Source: Acetobacteraceae bacterium
Lineage (GTDB): Bacteria; Pseudomonadota; Alphaproteobacteria; Acetobacterales; Acetobacteraceae
Length of the DNA stretch: 41,114 bases
NCBI GenBank assembly: GCA_043782125.1
Contig: JAYWAX010000119.1
Location: 1 to 41,114 of the forward strand
Direction of reading: 5' to 3'
Shown: piece by piece, positions 27,044 through 36,116 of the stretch
Layout: the number at the start of each line of letters is the position of its first letter
Position numbering within the stretch: the stretch's first letter is position 1
Made by a program: the position numbers and the translations under genes
Notes under the pieces: generated by a model
What the model was told of the DNA's origin: nothing
Seen by the model: only the letters and a program-made list of their open reading frames with translations
Database searches by the model: none

Positions 27044-28480
27044 TTAAGCATCGCGCGGTGGTTCCTTGTCCAGCAAACCGTCTGGATCCAGTGCGCCAGC
27101 CGCCACGGATGTCAGGCCCACGCCGAAGGGATGCCGCCAGTCCGATGTTTCGGGCCTGGAACGGCGCTCCGCTTCCCGCACCGCGCGCTGCGCGAAAATG
27201 CTCGCCAGCACCTTCTCCGGGAAATCGCCGGTGTCCTCGTACAAATGCCCCAGGCGTTCCGCCACCGCCGCGATGGAATGCCATTTTTCCACGTAAACCC
27301 GTCCCTGGGCTCCGATCGCCGGCAGGCGCGCGCGGTTTTCCAGCAACCAGCGCAGTGTGGTTTCCAACGTGTCCGGTGTCGTATCGATCAGGGGACATTC
27401 GCCGGGCTCCACGACCAGATCCCGGCTCCGGACGTAGGTCAGGACCGGTTTGCCCCGCGCCATCGCTTCCAGCGCCGTATAGCCGTAAGCGCCGCCAATG
27501 AACTGATCGGCCACCAGGTCGGCCTCGCCGAACAAACGGATGACCTCTGCGTTCGGCACGCCCTGGACCTGGGTGTAGTCGATGGCGTGGCCCTCCGCCC
27601 GCAGCCTCTGGATCGCGGCTTCGAGGTAACGAGAGCCTTTGAAGTGCGTGTGATTGGGCGCGTGGGCGATGCGCAGCGGGCCATCGAGGCGCGGTTCGGG
27701 GGCACGGGGTATCAGATCGAGGTCGATCGGCCAGTAATCCATATGGCGGGCTCCCGGCACATAAGTCACCATATCCGCCATGGCGACCGCGGCAGTCAAC
27801 CGGTCGCACATGCCTTGCATCAGGACCGCGCCGGATTCGTCGTCGCAGACGCAGAACCTGCCGGGATCGGGGCATTCCGCGCAGAAATTCCATTTTCCCA
27901 GAGCCAGCGTCGCCTCGCGGCGGCGAACGTCGGCGCCGTAAGCGTATCCGTAAACGCGCTTGCCGGACTGGCGTAGAATATCCAGTTCCTCCGGGGCGAT
28001 GCCGAACCGCGTGACAGGCGGGAGAATGCCTCGATCGTAGAAAAAATGGAAAACATCGTACCGGAGCATCAAATATATCAGCAGGAGCCTGTAATACGTC
28101 ATCAGCAGACCGGGCGCCCAGTGGACGGCGGCGTCGGTCATACGTTGCAGATTCAAATCAAATCCTCGCGAGATGTAATAGGTCACGAAAACGAGCGAAT
28201 GGCTTTCGAACCCCAGGGCACGGTCGGCGCGCGCCTTCAGGGGCAGGGTCAGAATGGGCGTCGCGCCCCACAATGAACGCGGTTTTCCGCGCGCCAGGCG
28301 CCGCGCAGTGCGTTGGGCCGCCCATCGAATGGCGGGCCCGTGAAGCAGACGGTACGACCCTTCGTTAATCGAACGGATCGCCTTCGCCCTTACCCGCCCA
28401 GGCAGGTACCGCACTCCAACGAGGCGCGCGCGCCAGGCGCTCGGTCTGAGCCACCGCCGTAGCGGTGCGAGGCGGCTCAT
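27044..28480 (-). CDS. GT-B glycosyltransferase with a CxxC...CxC cluster
   Basis: 'YDVFHF', 'YGADVR', 'IAHAPNHTHFKGS', 'ADLVADQFIGGAYGYTALEAMARGKPV'. Confidence 0.82.
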   Translation of the reverse strand: MSRLAPLRRWLRPSAWRARLVGVRYLPGRVRAKAIRSINEGSYRLLHGPAIRWAAQRTARRLARGKPRSLWGATPILTLPLKARADRALGFESHSLVFVTYYISRGFDLNLQRMTDAAVHWAPGLLMTYYRLLLIYLMLRYDVFHFFYDRGILPPVTRFGIAPEELDILRQSGKRVYGYAYGADVRRREATLALGKWNFCAECPDPGRFCVCDDESGAVLMQGMCDRLTAAVAMADMVTYVPGARHMDYWPIDLDLIPRAPEPRLDGPLRIAHAPNHTHFKGSRYLEAAIQRLRAEGHAIDYTQVQGVPNAEVIRLFGEADLVADQFIGGAYGYTALEAMARGKPVLTYVRSRDLVVEPGECPLIDTTPDTLETTLRWLLENRARLPAIGAQGRVYVEKWHSIAAVAERLGHLYEDTGDFPEKVLASIFAQRAVREAERRSRPETSDWRHPFGVGLTSVAAGALDPDGLLDKEPPRDA

Positions 28481-29616
28481 CCCCGCAGCGCCCTCCGCAC
28501 CACCTCGACGACGCGATCCTGATCCGAGGCACGCATGTAAGGCACGATCGGCAGAGTGATCGTTGTATCCTCCGCCAGCGCGGCGGCGGGGAATTGCTCC
28601 GGGCTCAGGCCGTATTTTTCACGATAATAGCCAAGACGGTGCACGGCATGCGTACCTGGCCGGCTTTGAATTTCCGAAAGCGCGAGCGCCGACATGATCG
28701 CGTTACGGCGCCGGCGTCCGCCCTCCATGACTCGCACGACGTAAGACTGATACGTGTGTCCCTCGACATCGCCGCCAAGCGGCAGAGCGATGTCGTTGAC
28801 GTCACGAAACAGCTGGGTATAGCGATACGCGGTGGCACGCCGATCCGCAACAAGTTGCGCGAGCTTGCCCATCTGTGCCACGCCAACCGCCGCCTGAATG
28901 TCGGAAAGACGCAGATTGAAGCCGATACGATCGAAGGCCGACATGGTCCAGGGACCATGTGCCTCTTGATCGACGGGTGGCAGTCCGGTGGTGCCATGAT
29001 TGCGCAACGACTTCACGGCCGCCGCCAGATCCGGATCGTTCGTCGTGACCGCGCCGCCCTCGCCGGTGGTGACGACCTTACGAGGATGAAACGAGAAGCA
29101 ACCGATATCGCCCAGGGCGCCGACCGGCTGACCTTTATAGGTGGTGGCGATGGCGCAGGCGGCGTCCTCGATAATTCGAATACCGCGCGGTTCGCACAGG
29201 GCCCGAATCTCATCCATCGGCGCGGCAAGGCCGAACAGATGCACCGCGATGACGGCCCGCGTACTCGGCGTGATGGCGGCAGCCAGGGCGGCGGGATCGA
29301 TGTTGTAGGTCGATGGATCGATATCGGCGAACACGGCCTTGGCGCCAACATATTCCGCGCTGTGGGCGCTGGTGATCCATGTAAACGCCGGCACGATCAC
29401 CTCGTCCCCTTGCCCAAGCCCCAAAGCCATGGTGGCGAGATGCAGCGCGGCCGTGCAGGAGGTGCAGGCCATCGCGAAGCGGGCGTTCTGGTTCGCGGCG
29501 ATCATCTGCTCGAACCGCTCGGTCACCGGCCCTTGCGTCACCCATTTCGAGGCGAGGACCGAGCGTAGCATCTCTATCTCGGCCTCGTTGAAACTGGGTT
29601 CGGTGATATTGATCAT
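28477..29616 (-). CDS. DegT/DnrJ/EryC1/StrS nucleotide-sugar aminotransferase
   Basis: 'WVTQGP', 'SCTAALHLA', 'VHLFG', 'IEDAACA', 'FSFHPRKVVTTGEGG' (PLP Lys), 'GFNLRLSD'. Confidence 0.94.
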   Translation of the reverse strand: MINITEPSFNEAEIEMLRSVLASKWVTQGPVTERFEQMIAANQNARFAMACTSCTAALHLATMALGLGQGDEVIVPAFTWITSAHSAEYVGAKAVFADIDPSTYNIDPAALAAAITPSTRAVIAVHLFGLAAPMDEIRALCEPRGIRIIEDAACAIATTYKGQPVGALGDIGCFSFHPRKVVTTGEGGAVTTNDPDLAAAVKSLRNHGTTGLPPVDQEAHGPWTMSAFDRIGFNLRLSDIQAAVGVAQMGKLAQLVADRRATAYRYTQLFRDVNDIALPLGGDVEGHTYQSYVVRVMEGGRRRRNAIMSALALSEIQSRPGTHAVHRLGYYREKYGLSPEQFPAAALAEDTTITLPIVPYMRASDQDRVVEVVRRALRG

Positions 29617-29809
29617 AACGTGCGTGTTCTCTGTCGTTTGACGCGGCGGTCGGCCGGGTTCGGCCAGGATGGACGGCCGGGGATTGTCGCGCGCATTGCG
29701 CGATTCGCCAACTTTTTCAGTCCTAAGCCGCGTTGACTACCATGGCCATCGAATGGGTCAAAGTGGAAACCCGCTTGCGCAGCAGGCCAATCCGGGGGAG
29801 AGGTACGTC

Positions 29810-31927
29810 TCACGCCCCGGCCAATTTGGCGATGGTCACCCGGCCGTCGTCGGCGATCGAGATCCGGCCGACGACTTTCGCCGGTGTTCCGACGGCGAGC
29901 GAGTACGGCGGAATATCGGAATTCACGAACGACAGCGCGCCGATCATCGAATGTGCGCCGACCTTACACCCCATGGCGACCACGCTTCCGGGTCCCAGAA
30001 ACACGTGATCGCCGATTTCCGTCGGCGCGCGGCGGTAGGGAGACCGGCCCCCGGAGACAGCCCATGCGACCGTGTCGTGGGAATATATCTGGGCGCCCGC
30101 ACAGATGGTGCAGGTTTTCCCGATGCTAAGGCCTCCTGAGCCATCGAGAACGGTGTTCGGGCCGATCCAGGTTTTTTCGCCAACCGTGACCGGCCCGAGC
30201 ACAAGGGCACTGTCGTAGATGTTGGCGCCTTCGCCAAAGCCCAGAAATCTCGCGCGTTCCCAGCGGTCGGTGAAGGCATCGCCGAATGGCACCGCGCGGG
30301 TCCAGCGGTTCATGATATCCGCCTGGCGGCCGCGATGCGCCGCGACGATCGAGTCTGTCAACGCCATCGGCTCCGCACCGGTTTCCACGTCCGCTTCGAA
30401 GGGACCGGGCGAGCGGGCAGCGGCCAGTTTCAACATGGCAAGATGCCGTTCTGTCTGACGCGGAAAGCCATGCTCCCGCTCAACCCAGGCGCGGGAACGG
30501 GCACCGGTTTGTGCGCGGAATGTATCGTCGTTCAGCGAGGTCAGGGCGGCTTCGATCTCATCGACGTTGCGCGCGCCGACGAAGGGGGGCGGTCCGAAAC
30601 GGAACATGCGGGCGGACTCGGGCGGCACGGGCGCCATCACCACGGGCTGGCCCGCCGCCATGGATTCTAGGACCGAGGCGCCATAGCCTTCCATGACGAA
30701 TTGGTCGGCCACTGCGTCGGCGGCGCGTTGACGGCGCCGCAGCAGAGGTTTCGAACACATCGGCAACCAATGCGTAACGGCGTCGAGGCCAAGTTCCGTC
30801 ACCAGCGCCCGGGAACGGTCCAAATCGTCGCCCCACGACTGCAACAGCAGCCGCCATTCGCCACCGGCGCCGGCATGGAACCGCCCGAAGGCGCGAATCA
30901 GCAGGTCGCTACCTTTCCAGTCCCAGGACTGACGGCAGACGCCCAACAGGTATCGCGTGCCGCCTACCTTCGCCCGCCACGCCGCCCGCAATTCTTCTTC
31001 CACCCCTGGGCAATAAATCTCCGTATCGACAACCAAAGGCAGGAAGGCCCGCGGCGCGGTCGTGCCCAGACGATCGAGATACTTGCCGTAATCGGTCTCG
31101 CAGACGCTGATGAAATCCGCACGGCGGAAACTCGCGCGGAACATCAGGCCCTGCACGTCTTCCTGGAAGCCGCAAATATACAGGTCGCCACCCAGAGGGG
31201 TAACCACATAAGGCTTCGCGCAAAACATCCCGAGGCAGATGGGCCACATGGAGAGATGTACGACATCGTAGTTGTGCATGGCCCGGATAAGGTCCCAATG
31301 TCCCATCCATTGCGCCAGAACCAGGGCCTCGTCGGGCGCGAGCGTTTTGCCGGTCAGTTCGAGATACATGGCGGTGACTTCGGGCACCGCCGAAAAGCGG
31401 TACTCGAAACGATATTGCATATCGAGGTCGTAGCGAACGATTTTGACCCAATCGGGCGGGCTCCATCCTTCCGGCTCCAGGACGGCCGCATCCGGGTCCG
31501 GCCGTTCCATCTCGACCTCTTCCCAGAATGGACGGCTGAGGACGTGCGAATCATTGTTATTTTCTTGCAGGATCAGATCGACGTCATGTCCCAGACGCCG
31601 CAGCGCCCGCGCGGTGATGTAGGCCTGATTCGCGAGATTTCCGAACAGTCCGATTTTAAGCCTCCGGCCGGCCAACGGATCGGCGTCCGGCCTGTGGAAG
31701 GCGTCGATAAGCCGGTGATCGCCCCGATCCGCGAGACCACGGGCTGCGGCCTGCACGGTGAGCTGAAACACAGTGAGGCGCGGGTCGTCCTCGATGGTTG
31801 GCACGGGCACGGGCGCTGGTTCTTCCACTGGCACCGGCACTGACATCGCCGGGGGCGGCGGAGGTGGCCCAGAAAGAACTGCGGCTCCCCGGCGGAGTAT
31901 GGCGGCCGCTTTTGCACGTAAAGTCAT
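29810..31927 (-). CDS. GT4-like glycosyltransferase fused to a C-terminal hexapeptide-repeat (LbetaH) acetyltransferase
   Basis: GT part: 'GNLANQAY', 'KGSDLLIRAF', 'EGYGASVLESMAAG'. Acetyltransferase part: 'VTVGEKTWIGPNTVL..LSIGKTCTICAGAQIYSHD..TEIGDHVFLG..VNSDIPPYSLAVGTPAKVV'. Confidence 0.88.
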   Translation of the reverse strand: MTLRAKAAAILRRGAAVLSGPPPPPPAMSVPVPVEEPAPVPVPTIEDDPRLTVFQLTVQAAARGLADRGDHRLIDAFHRPDADPLAGRRLKIGLFGNLANQAYITARALRRLGHDVDLILQENNNDSHVLSRPFWEEVEMERPDPDAAVLEPEGWSPPDWVKIVRYDLDMQYRFEYRFSAVPEVTAMYLELTGKTLAPDEALVLAQWMGHWDLIRAMHNYDVVHLSMWPICLGMFCAKPYVVTPLGGDLYICGFQEDVQGLMFRASFRRADFISVCETDYGKYLDRLGTTAPRAFLPLVVDTEIYCPGVEEELRAAWRAKVGGTRYLLGVCRQSWDWKGSDLLIRAFGRFHAGAGGEWRLLLQSWGDDLDRSRALVTELGLDAVTHWLPMCSKPLLRRRQRAADAVADQFVMEGYGASVLESMAAGQPVVMAPVPPESARMFRFGPPPFVGARNVDEIEAALTSLNDDTFRAQTGARSRAWVEREHGFPRQTERHLAMLKLAAARSPGPFEADVETGAEPMALTDSIVAAHRGRQADIMNRWTRAVPFGDAFTDRWERARFLGFGEGANIYDSALVLGPVTVGEKTWIGPNTVLDGSGGLSIGKTCTICAGAQIYSHDTVAWAVSGGRSPYRRAPTEIGDHVFLGPGSVVAMGCKVGAHSMIGALSFVNSDIPPYSLAVGTPAKVVGRISIADDGRVTIAKLAGA

Positions 31928-32050
31928 TTCGATGTTCCCACATCCCGATTTCGGGGCCGTCTGAACACGGCGTCCATGGCCAAGACACGGCGATGCGGAC
32001 CTGCCGTCTCTGGCCGCATGCGCGCCCCGATCGCGCGTCTGGCGAGCATC

Positions 32051-33385
32051 TTAGTCGGCCTTATGCGTCCACTCCACCAGCGGGTAAAAAACCGACGCGG
32101 ATGGATACCCCGCAGGAATAACCCGGAAGCGGTGCACGCGTTCATGGTACTCGTAATAATCGTTCAGTCCGGGAATGTTCGGTTGCAACGCCACGGACAA
32201 GATGTAATCGCCTTCGAGAAACTGCATCGAAGGCATGTCGCAGGATACAACACCCGACGGGCCAGCCGGCGTTCCGAATGCCGCCATGCGTTCGACATCG
32301 TCGTCCCGCCCAGGCGGATTGCTGGTGTTGAACTGCGCGATCCGCAAAAGGTCCGGTTCCCGCTCGATGGTCATCGCGATACCCAATGGACCGGGCGGAG
32401 GCGGTCCGTCGCATTCGTAATGAACTTCGATGCGCCAGCGATCCCAGGTTCGGAAGACACTGGTTGGATTTCCCGCCTCGTCGACAAACAGGACTTTCTT
32501 GATCGTGATCGGTCCTTTGCGAAAGATCTCGATCTTCGCCCCGTCGGCCTCGGATGTCTGCTCGCCTGGCGTCGCCTCGAACGCCTGACGCGGTACTTCC
32601 AGCACTTTTCCGGCATCGCCGGCGGCGCGTTCGTGCACACTGTAATCGTAGCGGCGGGTGACCCCTCGCGCCGGGCCAATGTCCCGGACCTGGCCTTTTT
32701 CGATCCATATCGCGGTGTCGCAGAGTGTCGCGACCTGACCGATGCCATGGCTGACGAACAGGACGGTGGCGCCGCTTGCGCAAATCTCGTGAATGCGCCG
32801 CATGCATTTATGCACGAAATAAGCGTCGCCGGCGGCGAGCGCTTCGTCGACGATAAAGACCTCGGGATCGATGGAGATCGCAGTCGAAAACGTCAGACGC
32901 GCCTGCATGCCGCTGGAATAGGTGCGGAACGGCTGGTCGATGACGTCTTCCAGTTCGCTGAACGCGACGATCCAAGGCAGCTTCGCTTCGGCTTCTCGCC
33001 GTGACATACCAAGGCACATGCCGCCGGTAACGATATTTTCACGTCCTGTGAAATCGGGGTGGAACCCGGTTCCCAACTCCAGGATCGCGGAAATGCGACC
33101 GTTCACTTCGACGGTGCCGGATGTCGCGTCCAGCAGTCCGGTGATGATTTTCAGCAGGGTGCTTTTGCCGGAACCATTGGGGCCGATGACGCCGACGATC
33201 GAGCCGCGTTTCACGTCGAACGAGATGTCCCGCAACGCCCAGTGGTCGCGGTGGAAAGTTTTGCGGGTGAATATCTCCCGCATCAGGTCGCTGTTGCGGT
33301 CGTATACCTTGTAGGCCTTGCTGACCCCGCGCAACCGGATGGCGATGTCCCGGGGCATTTCCTCGGTTTCAGAGTACGTTGCCAA
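32051..33385 (-). CDS. wzt: Polysaccharide ABC transporter ATPase with C-terminal Wzt_C carbohydrate-binding domain
   Basis: 'ALRDISF', Walker A 'GPNGSGKST', 'LELGTGFHPDFTGREN', 'YSSGMQARL', 'VDEALAAGD', 'VSH'; about 190-aa beta-rich C-terminal extension. Confidence 0.95.
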   Translation of the reverse strand: MATYSETEEMPRDIAIRLRGVSKAYKVYDRNSDLMREIFTRKTFHRDHWALRDISFDVKRGSIVGVIGPNGSGKSTLLKIITGLLDATSGTVEVNGRISAILELGTGFHPDFTGRENIVTGGMCLGMSRREAEAKLPWIVAFSELEDVIDQPFRTYSSGMQARLTFSTAISIDPEVFIVDEALAAGDAYFVHKCMRRIHEICASGATVLFVSHGIGQVATLCDTAIWIEKGQVRDIGPARGVTRRYDYSVHERAAGDAGKVLEVPRQAFEATPGEQTSEADGAKIEIFRKGPITIKKVLFVDEAGNPTSVFRTWDRWRIEVHYECDGPPPPGPLGIAMTIEREPDLLRIAQFNTSNPPGRDDDVERMAAFGTPAGPSGVVSCDMPSMQFLEGDYILSVALQPNIPGLNDYYEYHERVHRFRVIPAGYPSASVFYPLVEWTHKAD

Positions 33386-34217
33386 GGAAGGGTTTTACCT
33401 TTCGGAAAATGGCCAAGCCGCAGATCGCGGTGCCGATGGCCATGACGGCGAAGACAATCCAGGCGAAACCGTGCTCCACGCGCCCAAAGAACAGGACGTC
33501 CTGATAGACCCAGACCACATAGCTGAAGGGATTCATGTACATGAGCGGGCGGATCGCGGGCGGCACCCATTCCGGCAGATAGATCGCCGGGGTGAAATAC
33601 ATCGAAACCGAGGTATAGACGGTCACGATCTCCCGAATATCTCGCACGAACGGTGTCACCACGGAAAACAGCAGAGTCAGGCCAAGCGCAAACAGCGCGT
33701 GCAAGGCCAGGACGGCGGGCAGCATCAGCACATAGGGGGTCAGGCCACCGCCGAGTACAAGTTTGTAACCGACGGCGATGGCGACCGAGGGGACAAAAAT
33801 CAGAAAGCAGGCGGCGATGCTCGCGACCGGCAGGACTTCCACCGGAAACACGACCTGTTTGACGAGGTTCGAACTGGACAGAAACACGGAGGGAGCGCGT
33901 CCCAGAGCATTGGCCATAATTAGCCAGGGTACGAGGCCGGCGAGGATGTAGGCGGTGTAGTCGCCCGGGAAAGTCTCCGTCGCTGCCATGCGGGTACCGA
34001 GAACGAGTCCGAACACCAGAATATAGGTGGCGACCACGACCAGAGGCTGAATGTAAACCCAGATGGCGCCGAATCCGTGGCCGGCATGTCCGCCCGTCAG
34101 ATCCCGCGTCGTGAGTTCGCGCACCAGCGCCCGATTGCGCACGATCGTTTTCAGGAACCGGATGACGCCCAGTCCGACGCTCGGATCCTGAGCCCGCCTC
34201 AGGTCGGCGCCACTCAC
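33369..34217 (-). CDS. wzm: Polysaccharide ABC transporter permease
   Basis: 'ELTTRDL..GAIWVYIQPL', 'GLVPW', 'NLVKQVVFP', 'FVRDI', 'YFTPAIY', 'MNP'. Overlaps wzt. Confidence 0.94.
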   Translation of the reverse strand: MSGADLRRAQDPSVGLGVIRFLKTIVRNRALVRELTTRDLTGGHAGHGFGAIWVYIQPLVVVATYILVFGLVLGTRMAATETFPGDYTAYILAGLVPWLIMANALGRAPSVFLSSSNLVKQVVFPVEVLPVASIAACFLIFVPSVAIAVGYKLVLGGGLTPYVLMLPAVLALHALFALGLTLLFSVVTPFVRDIREIVTVYTSVSMYFTPAIYLPEWVPPAIRPLMYMNPFSYVVWVYQDVLFFGRVEHGFAWIVFAVMAIGTAICGLAIFRKVKPFLGNVL

Positions 34218-36085
34218 AGGAAAACCTCACACGTTTGTTCCAGATTCAGCAACGACCAGATCAGCAGCCGCCGGTTTTGCCGTCCCTCCAAATGGTCCTC
34301 GATCAGGCTCCGGGCAACATCGCGGTCAAGGTAGTCGTAGATACGGCAGGGGCCGTCCAGCAAACGGCGGCGGACGTAATCGATACTGTCGCCCTTGAAC
34401 CAACTGGCGTCCGGGGCGGAGAAGCCTTGTTTCTGACGATCGGTCACCGCCTCTGGAACATGGCGGCGCATCATCTGGCGCAACGCGAGTTTGCCGTCGC
34501 GGGTACGTTCGAAATACCGGTTGGCCTTGCCTCCGGGTTCGTTCTCGTTCAGGCGCACAACTTCCGTCAGATTGCCCAGTTTCATACGGGTGGGCAGGCG
34601 CATGGCGAAATCGGCGAGGTCGTTGTCCAGGAAGGGCACGCGGCCTTCCAGCCCATGCGCCATCGCCAGCTTGTCGTCGACGATCAGCAGACCGTTGAGG
34701 AAGGTTTTGGCCTCGAAATACAGGGAATGGTTGACGTAATCCTCGGGACGCGTCAGTTGCGGCGCGTGCTCGTGAAACACGTTTCGAAAAATTTCTTCCG
34801 GCGGCAGAACGCCCGCGCGCGGCCAGACCGGCGCCATCAGACTGGACAGAGTTTCGGTCGGCACCAGACGCTGCCAGAAACCAAAGTATTTTTGCACATA
34901 ATCGTCGAAATCGTCGTTCACCACCGCGCGGTAATAGCGCCAGGGGTACCCGCCGAACAACTCGTCGCCGCCGGTGCCGGACAGCACGACCTTGACGAAT
35001 TTGGAAGCGAGCTTGGCGGCATAGAAATTAGGATAACTCTGGCCGACGCGCGGTTCTTCCAGGTGCCAGGCCATCGCGGGCAACGCGCGTTCCATGTCCC
35101 CGGCCTTGAGCACCATCTCATAGTGCTCGGTCTTGAAAAGGTACGACATGGCCTCGGCTTGCGTGCGTTCGTCGTAACCAAGCTCAACGCCGGAGGCGGA
35201 GGAGAGGTCGAAGCCGACCGTGAAGGTCTGCATGAACGGCACCTGGCGCGCCGCGATGGCGGTGATGGAGCCGCTGTCCATGCCGCCCGAGAGGTAGCCG
35301 CCGACATCGACGTCGCTGACCATTTGGCGGCTGACTGCCTGACGGAACAGAAAGTCCAGTTCGTCGATCAGCGCGGCCTCGTTGACCGGGCCCTCGGGCT
35401 CCTGGAAGTGGAAGTCCCAGTATGTTCGTGGTTCGGCTGGCTCGTGGCCAGCCCGGACCTGCAAATAGGTGCCGGCGGGCAGGAGACGAACATTTTCGAA
35501 CAGGGTGCGGTCGGTGAAAAAGTTCTGGAATGTCAGGTATTCGCTGAGCGCGGACACATCCATGCGCGTGGCGAAACCTGGAAAGGCGCGGAAGGCCTTG
35601 AGTTCCGAGGCGAACAGAAACGCGCCGCCGGAGGTCGTGTAATAGACTGGTTTAACGCCGAATCGATCTCGCGCGATCGTCAGTGTGTGGGTCTCACGGT
35701 CCCAGATACCGAAGGCGAACATGCCGTTCAGGCGGGTCAGGGCGCCAAGCCCCCACTCGGCGAAGGCGGCCAGCAGCACGGCGCCGTCTCCGCTCGATAC
35801 GAAGCGGTGTCCGCGAGCGATCAGTTCGGTGCGCAGTTCGCGGAAATTGTAAATCTCGCCGTTGAATGTCATCAGGTATCGGCCATCCGGCGACATCATC
35901 GGCTGGCTGGCTGCGTCGGACAGATCGATGATCGACAGGCGGCGGTGCCCCAGTCCGATCTCTCCCTCGCAGTATTGGCCTTCCCCGTCAGGTCCGCGAT
36001 GGGCGATGAGGTCGGTCATCGCCTTCATCGTCACCTTGGAGGCTGGTTGGCCATCCCGGTGCAGGACGCCCGCTATGCCGCACAT
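34214..36085 (-). CDS. asnB: Second AsnB-type glutamine amidotransferase
   Basis: MCGIAG, 'HRGPDG', 'GHRRLSIIDL', 'FNGEIYN', 'FASELKA', 'YLSGGMDS', 'LSGTGGDELFGGY', 'RVPFLD', 'KQGF'. Confidence 0.94.
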   Translation of the reverse strand: MCGIAGVLHRDGQPASKVTMKAMTDLIAHRGPDGEGQYCEGEIGLGHRRLSIIDLSDAASQPMMSPDGRYLMTFNGEIYNFRELRTELIARGHRFVSSGDGAVLLAAFAEWGLGALTRLNGMFAFGIWDRETHTLTIARDRFGVKPVYYTTSGGAFLFASELKAFRAFPGFATRMDVSALSEYLTFQNFFTDRTLFENVRLLPAGTYLQVRAGHEPAEPRTYWDFHFQEPEGPVNEAALIDELDFLFRQAVSRQMVSDVDVGGYLSGGMDSGSITAIAARQVPFMQTFTVGFDLSSASGVELGYDERTQAEAMSYLFKTEHYEMVLKAGDMERALPAMAWHLEEPRVGQSYPNFYAAKLASKFVKVVLSGTGGDELFGGYPWRYYRAVVNDDFDDYVQKYFGFWQRLVPTETLSSLMAPVWPRAGVLPPEEIFRNVFHEHAPQLTRPEDYVNHSLYFEAKTFLNGLLIVDDKLAMAHGLEGRVPFLDNDLADFAMRLPTRMKLGNLTEVVRLNENEPGGKANRYFERTRDGKLALRQMMRRHVPEAVTDRQKQGFSAPDASWFKGDSIDYVRRRLLDGPCRIYDYLDRDVARSLIEDHLEGRQNRRLLIWSLLNLEQTCEVFL

Positions 36086-36116
36086 GAATCGAGTCCGTAC
36101 CTGGCGGTGCCGTCGA

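Noticed and set aside
20527-36085. AsnB genes as lasso-peptide cyclases or housekeeping asparagine synthetases
   Set aside because: Both have intact glutaminase domains, no lasso B protein or precursor is nearby, and the surrounding genes are all glycan biosynthesis.
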